From the NCBI GenBank assembly GCA_002633005.1, contig NMRA01000293.1, positions 85,198 to 149,197 of the forward strand: a stretch of 64,000 nt of DNA. The letters run 5' to 3'. Position 1 is the stretch's first letter, and each line of letters starts with the position of its first letter. Below, piece by piece: positions 25,698-35,400 of the stretch. The position numbers were made by a program, and so were the translations under genes. The notes beneath the pieces were generated by a model. The model had not been told where the DNA came from, made no database searches, and saw only the letters and a program-made list of their open reading frames with translations. The DNA is from Phoronis australis. Its lineage: Eukaryota > Animalia > Phoronida.

Positions 25698-28600
25698 CTA
25701 TCGCTGTGATTTGAGGTATTGGTTGACCACATCCAGAGCTGGGGACTCAATGCCGTAGTCCTGCAAGCACAACAAGAAAATTACTTAAAAGTCGTCACTA
25801 CATTTATATGACCATTTCACAAATTCATTCAACTGCCATTTAGCATTTTGGTAAATAAATACACAATTAATGTACACAAGACATGGGACTATTCAAGATA
25901 CTGTCAAGCAGAAATAAGGTTAAGATGGACTGAGCCACGGCAGTTATTCAGAGATTAGTGCGTTGGAACCATGTTATCAGCACTGTTTCCAAGGAAACTC
26001 GAAGCGAGCTGGGTGTGTCATCATCATAACCACCAAATGGCCAAAAGTCCAATAATCAAGCAAGTCCATTCAAGAGTTTGCTGTATGATTTCTTGAATGG
26101 AGTCAATACTCTTTTCACCCAAAGTATTACTCCTGTTGGATTTTCTTGTTAGTTAAACAATCTGGGCTTTACTAAAGACACCAATGGATGAAATGCGTAG
26201 CAGTCATGCATGAAATTTAAGCATGTCACAAGACCTATTATAAATCGGTAATTAAACAACAAGAATGGATCAACTGAAATTTGAAATTTTCGGATGTAAT
26301 AACTTCCTTTGTCAACAAAAACAAAGGAAGTTATTACATCCGAAAATTTCAAATTCCAGTCGATCCATTCTTGTTGTTTTATTTACCGATTTATATTCTT
26401 CATTTCATGAAACAATAGTATCCTTGGGAGGATCTGGATCGCCTTATTTAGTTTCAGATATATTTTCTACGTTACAAGACCTATTCTAATATATATTGTC
26501 CACGACAGCAAGAAGCAGCCGATGTCAAGCCGATTTGAATCCATTATTGTTTTTATCTAAAATATATCACTTCAAGTTTAAATAAATATGATAAACACAT
26601 TCGCACTCGTTCACTACAACCTATGAAACTTATCAAGCACAGCATTCTTGCTCAAAGCCCTAACAGTTACTATCATCAAGATTTGTTTAAATTCAGCAGC
26701 TACAGTACAAGACAGAACACCATTCCCCATCACAATGACCAACTACATTAAGAAGAGGAATTAGTGTCATTTTGTCTTATTACTTTTGCTGTGTACTGGA
26801 CAACCTAATAGTAAAACTTGAGGAAAATGGACGCACCATCGCTTAAACCTACCACAATTCCACAACATCAATGTTTGATTTTCTGCAGTAAGCCCTCAAA
26901 GATAAATTGGGACTCGGTTCACTCTTTCGACTTCCAGGTTAAACTTTATAGACACTTGATTGGTTCCCAATAACAACTTGTATCGCAAACCAGTCCAATG
27001 TTTAAGCAGCTTGACACAGCTTAACAGGCATAGTCCAGGAGAGTGAATCAAATGCCGCCACTACATGGGTCAATGGCCTTTGTTGAAGAAAAAGAAATGA
27101 CAAAGCACGACTGGGTGTGACTGCAGACTTACCTTGACAACAACACAGCTGCAGCCAACCACCTTCCTTGGCTTGCCCTCCTTGTCTATCTTGCAAAGTC
27201 CACTCCATTCACCAAGCTTCTTGTTGTCATCAACCTGTACAACAGCAAAACACCACATATACATCTTGAAGTTGTGATAAATATACTTTCTGCCAGAGAT
27301 AGCAATTTTTGATTTTAATCTGGTCTTCGTTCTTTAGCCAGCTGAGATGCGATTTCTACGCTTAGAAAGAAGTTAGCAATTCGTTAAGACTCGAAAACAT
27401 CCTCTTCACATAAAATGAATTCCCATGGCAAACCAACTACTGAACAAAGAGTACTTCCTAAGCCAGATATCATCTCCAAACTGATAAGGAAATAGGCAGA
27501 GAACAGTTTCTCCAACTTATGCGGGTTAAAGCACAAATTCTTCCATTTCCTTGACTTCAGAGACCTTAGGTTTTATTAACAAAAACCTCCAACACTTTGT
27601 TATCAACAAACTAGTCCTACATTACGCCACACTAAAAGCGAATGTCTTAAGCTTGTTTTCAAAATATACAAATTGTATGTCAACTTGTTCCCTTTAAACA
27701 GGAAGGCGCCATGTGACAACATACAAAATTCAACACTCCATTTTGGAGCTGATGTAGGTAGTTACTCAGCAATTAATGCGTTGGAACCAAGTTTTCAGCA
27801 TCGTTTCAAGGAAACTCGAAGCGAGCTGGGGTTAACATCATCGTAACTACGGTACAATCCAGCGCCTGGTAACAACACAGTGTACTCATTACATAAATAA
27901 GTTCAATGTATAAATCTTTAACAGTTAAAATATAGACTTATAATTACTTTTTAGCAAATCAAAATTCCTACTTCCCAACTTAGATGGAGCCGAAACCAGA
28001 GAATTACAAACTAGAACATGATGAAGCTCAATAATCCACCCGATGAAACCATCACTCAATAAATTGCTCAGTTCACAATATACGTAAATATCAAGTATTG
28101 GAGACGAGCACTAATTGTGTTCACATTACATACGTATTAAATATGAATGCTCGTCAACTACATCTGCTCTGCGTTTTTATTGCTATCCTCAAAACAGATC
28201 TACCTTGTTACTATAAGCCCACCTTATTTTTTTGTGGTTAGACTCTGTTCACCCATGCTGATCACATACATTTTGCCAGAGTATTTGCTATAGTAATTAT
28301 TTGCAAAACAGGACAAGGGGCATCTTGGAGAACACTCATTTTAAGTGGCTCAACTGCCTTCTGCTGATCCAAAAATCTATCTAAACATTGCATAATTCAC
28401 ACAGCAAAGATGCCCCAGGAGTTCATGCCAACAAAAAACATGACCTCAGATTACAGGAATTGTATGTGGCATTAAATTGGTTCTTTTTAAGAAATCCCTT
28501 GTACCTTGATCATCTGGATATCGTGTTCCATGCAGAGTGCCTCAACAAGCTTCACATACATTGGCTCATCACAGTTGTTAGCCAACACACACAAATGGGC

Positions 28601-29782
28601 AGTACGCCTGAAAAACATTGATTGCGTGTTAATAGTGAAATATTAAAAGCACCTCACTTCATTTGAAGCTCAATACTGATAGAAATAGGAAATTAGCTCA
28701 ACACATAACAAATTCAGGAACTAAAGAATGATCATGTAGGATTAATGAAAGCAATTTGGTATATGTCTACTCGAATCAATTATAGACAAATTGTGTTACA
28801 ACAAGCCCTGCCAGAATTAGTCTAAAACAATTGTTGCAACCTAAGTTTACTGTAACCATATACCAGGGACCTTGTAATGTTTAATGTTAGGAGTCATTAT
28901 GAACAATAAAACCAAGTAAACAATATAAGATAAGACAACCATTGATAAATAATGGTTTTTAGTGTATTTCATAACAACGCTAATCTTACAAAATTGATAC
29001 TGTTTTACTTAGTTTAATGAGGTTTTGACTATGTTGTGGATATTTCAAGGAATAATTGACAGGTGAAACAAGAGTCAAAATCAAGCGGGTTCCTACTTGT
29101 CCAGAGCCTTTGCCGCCTCATGAAGCCCACGCGCCAGTCCATTCTGAGCGAGCGAGGCCTTGAGTACCTCCTGTAGGGCAGTGTTTATGTCCATCGCACC
29201 ACCAACAGCAGCAGCAGCAGCTGGGGCAGCAGTGTTATCATCTCTAGACAAGAACAGAACATGATTAGACGGAATGCTTTACCACTGCCATTACCAACAT
29301 ACACCAAGATCACGTTTCCAATTACTCAAGGGGATACTCCCAATGTGACAGATGACCTGCTTCTTCTTATTAAAATTTCATCTAAAGCAAGTTTTAATGC
29401 AATCAATTACCATCTCATGTACAGAAAAGTGCTATATCTCTAATTTAAGATTTTTAAGAGCCTCACTTTCTCGTGGTAATATTACATGCAGAATTATTTC
29501 ACAATTACCACTGTTCTCTACAACATGTTTTCACTCATCGCAGCAAGGAGTATAAGTTTAGTCTAAATGAGTTTGACTTGCTTCAAGCAAGTTGCTTGCA
29601 TCGTGTTCGAAAATCTAACCAGAGTTTGGTACTTTTTGGAGACTGGTTATTACTGAAGCAAACTAGGGCATTTCGAATCTTGGACACCAGCTCCTTTGAA
29701 TTTTCTGTCGTGAAAAGCACCAATAAAATGTTTAGGTAATGAACATAACAAGCAGAAGTACATACCCTCCCACGTCAGCCAT
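25698..29782 (-). CDS. RPS12: 40S ribosomal protein S12 (eS12), 143 aa, 5 coding exons
   Basis: Coding exons (-): 29782-29766 (MADVG), 29243-29097 (..[36 protein letters not shown]), 28607-28505 ([34 protein letters not shown]), 27234-27133 ([34 protein letters not shown]), 25760-25698 ([20 protein letters not shown]). All GT-AG, phases consistent; AATAAA (-) at 25648-25653. Confidence 0.98.
25939..26034 (-). ncRNA. Box C/D snoRNA copy A (SNORD29/snR71-like) in the last RPS12 intron
   Basis: Terminal stem GGTGGTTAT/ATAACTGCC, box C ATGATGA, guide ACCCAGCTCGC + T + D'-like TCGA, C'-like GTGCTGA, box D CTGA; paralogue at 27758-27850. Confidence 0.85.
26240..26473. mobile_element. Penelope-like retroelement-derived insertion with ~74-bp-arm inverted repeat and 12-bp TSD
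   Basis: Arms ~26239-26312 and ~26321-26395; ACAAGACCTATT at 26228-26239 and 26474-26485; arm is near-identical to 30355-30435, downstream of a GIY-YIG-type ORF end. Confidence 0.75.
27758..27850 (-). ncRNA. Box C/D snoRNA copy B (SNORD29/snR71-like) in RPS12 intron 27235-28504
   Basis: Perfect 8-bp terminal stem GTAGTTAC/GTAACTAC, box C ATGATGT, guide CCCAGCTCGC-T-TCGA, C'-like ATGCTGA, box D CTGA. Confidence 0.82.
28203..28428 (-). ncRNA. Candidate long box H/ACA sno/scaRNA in an RPS12 intron
   Basis: Hairpin with perfect 10-bp stem GGGGCATCTT/AAGATGCCCC ending 14 nt before H-box-like AAATAA; second hairpin TTACTATA..ACTCTG/CAGAGT..TATAGTAA ending in ACA+3 nt; folded by eye only. Confidence 0.45.
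28789..28978 (-). ncRNA. Weak candidate H/ACA RNA in RPS12 intron 28608-29096
   Basis: Stem GTTGTTATGAA/TTCATAATGAC, H-like ACATTA, second stem TTACAA..CCCTG/CAGGG..TTGTAA, ACA+3 nt; AT-rich, so it may be chance. Confidence 0.3.
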
Positions 29783-30049
29783 GATTCAACGCGGATGTCC
29801 TTCTGAAACAAAATGTGTTTAATACATCAAACAAGACTTAACCACAGTGACACTGCTGGCTAGCAACTCGTGATAACTTAGCTTGATACCATCAACCACC
29901 GCCATTACTCGTTCACCAACACAGAACACTTTCGGGTACTGCTAACATAATTACAAACATACCTGGAGTTGACGATAACTTTTGATTGAAAATATATTGA
30001 AAACCCAACAACTTCAAATTGATCAAATTTAGCAACACCTGTTGCTAAT

Positions 30050-30440
30050 AAATGAAACATCATCAATTCTGATACTATAGGTAATCATTTCAATTCCAAA
30101 AACCATAATATTCAAGATCTTTCTGTACGAATAATAGAAAAACTCCAACACCCCAGTACCCCTCACAGACTTAAAAGAGAACAATATTGGATAGACAAAC
30201 TGAATACAATAGAACCTCATGGATTGAACATAAAAACTTCTTAAAATATGTCATTGAATTTTTTACGCAAAAATGTATCATTTTCATTACACCATATCTT
30301 ATATGTCAATTGTCATTTTGTGTTTGATTTTACTTTATTTCTGTTTTTGTTGATAAAGGAAGTTGTTACATCCGAAAATTTCAAATTTCAGTTGATTCAT
30401 TCTTGTTGTTTTATTTACCGATTTATATTCTTCAATTCTG
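30050..30440 (+). mobile_element. Penelope-like element 3' fragment (GIY-YIG endonuclease C-terminus plus 3' region) in RPS12 intron 1
   Basis: Translates DTIGNHFNSKNHNIQDLSVRIIEKLQHPSTPHRLKREQYWIDKLNTIEPHGLNIKTS* (stop 30242-30244); HFN..H..D, RE..WI..L.T..P.GLN is the typical PLE endonuclease tail. Confidence 0.85.
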
Positions 30441-31151
30441 AATGGCGTTCTTGCCGGTGCAAGACTCTTCCTGGCTTTCCCCGAGATAACGTGCAGCAAC
30501 AAGGGGCAGCATTTCACTTTTTTCTGGAAATTGTTACGGTCATCTGAACCCCTTTCCACGAAATTCCCTATAAGATACCCTTTTCTCGAATTTGGACCTC
30601 GAAAACAACTATCTTTATTCATGAATTCTTGTTAGTGGATGCACACCAGGGCCACCATAGGAATTCGAACACTCGGTACCATAGCTCGGGCCACAGGCGT
30701 CCTCAGCTTCTGATCGTCCCCAATACACTATATACCAAGACACTCCGGAGTAGAAATTCCACGGGTGCTTCACTTCAGCCGTCCATAGCAAACATAAAAC
30801 TCAATAATTTTGGTGAATTATGCAAATTTCATTTTTTAGAATTATTTCAAAATCTTTTGGAGCAAAAGAAACATATTCACTAAAACATAGTAATTCTTGA
30901 AGTGTTTTGTCATTTTCATGGTAATAAGTTCCTCTTTTTAAAACATAACTTGTTTAACTTAGCTTCAGGGGCAAAAATGTCCTGTCACAAGTCGAAAAAA
31001 AACTAAGTCGATGGTGAATTTTTCAATTTTTGTTGTTCTTGTTCGTGCAAAATATAGTAATTTGTGGTCTGGTGTCTATGCCAAGTTGTTAACCTACTTG
31101 CAAAGGACTCTACATCTTGTTTTAAGAACACAGTGACCTATGCCTATGGAT

Positions 31152-31628
31152 CAGGGCTTGGAATGACCAATGACAAAAAACGCGGAAACTTTTACGGCCC
31201 AAGTCATGCCCGATAACCAGCCTTGAAATGGTCAATGTGAACCTTTCCCCGACAAAAATCGGGACGACTAAAAAAAAAGGGTTACCACCATCAGTAGCAT
31301 GCGTCTGCGTCCTTTTAGCTCGCCCGTCCACTCCCAACCCACACATTTTTGGCTGCAGGGCGGTAGTATTTGTCGCCGCGCTTAACAATAACACGAGACG
31401 CCATTGAAAATCCCACCACGCTGTCCCAGATGCCCCGGCAATGTTGACAATTTACATTCCTCCGAAACATAAAGAGCAACTTCCGCTTTTCAAGGTGAAC
31501 GTCGTCTGCAACGCCGCGGAAATTTTATATCAAATCCGATTTTTTTACGCGAAAATATTATACAAAAAGCGGAAAGCACATTTGAAAAAAGCGGAAATCC
31601 ACGTTTCCGCGGAAAATTCCAAGCCCTG
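31152..31628 (+). mobile_element. MITE, TIR CAGGGCTTGGAAT family (longer member)
   Basis: Perfect 13-bp inverted termini; flanks ATGGAT / ATAGAT. Confidence 0.75.
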
Positions 31629-32191
31629 ATAGATTCCCAAATATAGTTGTCTAAACTTGCCATTTTTCTGGGGCCTGAAATTTCAGGGTGCTATTTGCTG
31701 AAAAAAGGGCCATTTTTGAGGCTCTAAAATTCGAATAACTCGAGAACTGCCGAACCGATTTGAAACATTCAAAGTTGTATAAACGGCATGTTTAAAGCTA
31801 TCATTTAACACTCTTTTCAAGTGTTTCTGATGAAATTTGTATTTGGGTTTGCTCACCCTACCTGTGGTCAGTATTTTTTATTTTGTAATCAATCTAATTT
31901 ATTCACGAAGGGTTTTGAAACTCCAAAAAGTAAATTAGCTGAGCATTTCTAAGGAGGTCCATCATCGCACCTGCGCTTCGCGCCGTATCAATGTCAATCA
32001 TGCCACGATTGCCACTGAAAACGTATGCCCGAGTTCCAGTGCTTGAGCAACAATTGCCTCCCAACAAATGCGCGCAATCACTCCTAGGTTGCTCTTTACA
32101 CAACATTTCAAAGTCTGGATTGGCAATTTTTCAATCCATAAATGAATTATTTGGCAGATTGCTGCAGATTTAGTTAGCGGTCTTCACTTAC

Positions 32192-32227
32192 AATGATAAC
32201 GCCTCGGCAGAATATCAGAAAAGGAAG
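32192..32227 (-). promoter_or_regulatory. Probable non-coding first exon of RPS12 with TCT initiator / 5'TOP tract
   Basis: Minus strand reads CTTCCTTTTCTGATATTCTGCCGAGGCGTTATCATT followed by donor GTAAGT; the ATG-containing exon has an acceptor at 29803, so an upstream exon is required. Confidence 0.75.
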
Positions 32228-32430
32228 TTTGAAGGAGTTGTGGGTAATAAAAAATTTACATTTCAATATAATAATAATGCTGGAGAATGAGAAATTCAAT
32301 AAATAATCAATATTATTTTGAAATTTTTTGAGTCATCATTTTTCGAGCCTTTTTGTATTAATTAATGCACAGGATATCAAAAGTTTTTTGGGACGTAATG
32401 ACTACCAGAACCCGTATATAGGTCAAAGTT
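32228..32430. promoter_or_regulatory. Putative bidirectional promoter RPS12 / RMC1
   Basis: Only ~200 bp between the RPS12 TOP start (-) and the RMC1 ATG (+). Confidence 0.65.
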
Positions 32431-35400
32431 ATGGAGCTGACAGACCAGAAACAAACTCATCACTTAACTTTCTGTGACAATCCAATCATATTTGAACCGG
32501 TGAATAAGGATGTCAATGTATTTTTTGATGATTCGAATAGACAAGTAAGTACGTCATACATGTGTTGCACCTCATCTATCCATGATGAGTGATGCTTTGT
32601 GTCCTATATCTTTGACTTTATTAGTCAGACTCGGACTTCACAGTTTGACTTTGAGGAAGCCAGCCAGCTAGCTGTATGAAGACTATCGTCAAAATACAGC
32701 TAGGTCCCACTGTGTGTATTTCTTCCGTAGACCCCGGAATTGCACACAGCCTGGGTAGTTATGCTCGTCTCCCCGCCGTGAAACTTGTATCAACTTGTAA
32801 AGCTAAAAACCGGACGGTGTGCATGCAAAATCTGGGAGTCAACCGACACTCACCTTTCCCGTTACAGCCGTTTAGTGAAAAACAATGCAATAAACGTCAT
32901 TTTCTTGTATAACTCTCCGCCTTTTCTAACAATGAAAAGTATTTTGTCGTTTTGAAAACAGTACGCTTGTGTCACGCGCACACGCCATTTCCTAAATATT
33001 TACGACATCTCTCGGGTGATGATGATAGCTTGGCAGCAGCAAAATTTCTTCTGAAATTCGATTTTTTGGTATCAAAATTCTAAAAACTTATAATGAAGTG
33101 AAACCAGTTCTGATAATTTGTTGTGACGCGTACGCAAGCTCGTGAAAGAACAACAGTTGATTGAAGAATCGGCGAAAAAAGAAACTGGCCAATAGGTGAC
33201 GCAATATTTCACGGTGCCGAAATCCGTCACTAAAGATCGCTCCACAACTTTAGCAGCAGAATAACGGTAGAACGCCATTTTTGCCAACACTGTTAAATAA
33301 TTTTGTTTACTCAAGGAAGACTAGTTTTTAACGACACTAATTTTGTGTCAGATTTTATCTTACCACTTTTTTACCCACATCGGTGCAAAGCTGTATATTT
33401 ATATACAGCTTTGTACCAAGGCTAAGCTTGAGGCTGCTTGAGGCTGCTTGAGCCTTTGCCTGAAGGCACTGGTCGGATATAGCAGTCCCTGATTTTGAGA
33501 ACCACTTTTTCAGCACTAACCAATTCATCTTGCTAGCCTTGAAATTCTAGGGTGATAGTCGTCGTGTGTATTTTACCTACTGAAAGTTATCTCCGGGAGC
33601 CACACATAACTCAGTGTTCGAAAAGTCCCCATTGGCACATCGCTTGGTAAATGTGGATGGACTGCTTAAAACTAAAAGTGATCACCAAAATGGCATCACA
33701 AAAATTCAGTACTTCTCCAGTATAGACTTGCCACAAATTTTTCGTGTGTGTGTTACATTTGTGGTTCTGTTTGTTGTGTATTAATAAACTACTTTGTTTT
33801 CTAATCTCCGATTCTTGTTTCATTATGAAGCTATGTCACGCATCGTTGAGCGGCATGGTGCTGTTGACGTAAGATAGCTGCACTTAAACCCTTAAAAGCC
33901 TTATTGTCGGACATTTGATCGAGTTGCGGAGACTCGAACGTAAACATACCAAACTACTACATTGAACTACTAATTAACTGTTTTCTTATTCAGAACTTGA
34001 CAGTTTGCTTGTGTGCAGTTCTACTCATGCCACGGGACTGTAATCATAGATTAAAGAGGCCTACTCCTAGTATTAAATATATGCTGTTACCTCAGCAACA
34101 AGTGACAGCTTGCACATGCGGAGTTCTACACACTTGTCACGTGACAATTAGTTGTTGAACTGCAATCCGAATGGAGCTCTGCTTGATTTACTTAATCATT
34201 TGTGAATCGGCTCTAACAATTGGTCAGCTTATTGTGGGTCGGCGCAATACTGTTACTTAGTCATTTCGTAAATTTATTCAACAAAGACTAATCTAAGGGC
34301 AACAGAAACGTTGTTGGAAAAATCTGCTGTACGTAATAGACATTTTTTGATCGCCATTTCTGCATTTGCTGTCGCCAGTGGCAATGACTTTTCAAGCACT
34401 TTAACTTTTGTGTAAACATATACTGAAAACAAGATTTAAGAGAGCTTAACAAGTTCAGACTTTGTTACATCAATAAACGTGCAATTTACTTGGCTACATA
34501 TTTTCAATCATCTGTATCTTTAGCCCAGTAACTCATAATTTGCATGGGAGTTTTGATTGTGTAGATATTATTTATATCCAGTGATTAGTCACAAGTAACA
34601 ATTTTAATACATTTTGTTTGGTATGCTAAATATTTTTTATCAATCAAAAGTAAATCTGTTCGAACATTCCCATTATAAGGTCAAAGGCGATGTCTGTATT
34701 TTTTACTTCAACATTTGACTTGTTAAGAAGTAGCTGGTCCACCAACACCCCCCCCCCTCCCCTCCCCCCTATAATGGCCATGGAGCAGGGTTGGTCGTTC
34801 TCCATGGAAACTGTCATGAACTTTGGTTTTCCCTTTCTGTTCTGTAATTGGTAGTATCGACACGATTAACACTGCCCTCTGGCCTTTACTACTAAAACTA
34901 CTGCCGGTACTACTACTTGTTTCTTCTAATAGTTTTAGCATTGATGCTAACTAGTCATACAGGGTTCTTCGCTTCTCAAAAATTAAAAAGAGGTGTAATC
35001 ATACTAGAGCACGTAGGATTCTCATTTACTAACTACCAAAGGCTTTGAAGAGATTGTCTCCTTATACTGGGGATTTTAGGTGGACACACTCTATATTTTT
35101 TAATTTAGAGCTTGTTTCCTGCATGTTAGAAAATCTTTTGTTGAAATAAGTCATTGCAAAAGCGAGTGAAATCTGCATAATAATAAGTTTCCTTTTAATC
35201 CAAATTTTTGCCATGGTAATTGTGGCAAGTTTTTAAGTGAAGAATTCCCATTATCAAACCCACAATACAACAAAGCTTCTGAATCTGTTTTTATCAATTA
35301 ACACGGGTTCAGAGTTTCGTTCACGCTTACTTTTTCTCCGTAAATGTTCTAAGGGATTCTGAACCTTTGGCCTTTTTTAACAAATGGATACATTTGACAA

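Noticed and set aside
29341-29472. ~130-nt hairpin-ACATGA-hairpin-ACA pattern in an RPS12 intron
   Set aside because: Pocket-to-box distances (about 17 and 22 nt) are off the canonical 14-16 nt and the stems are AT-rich; not supportable without covariance analysis
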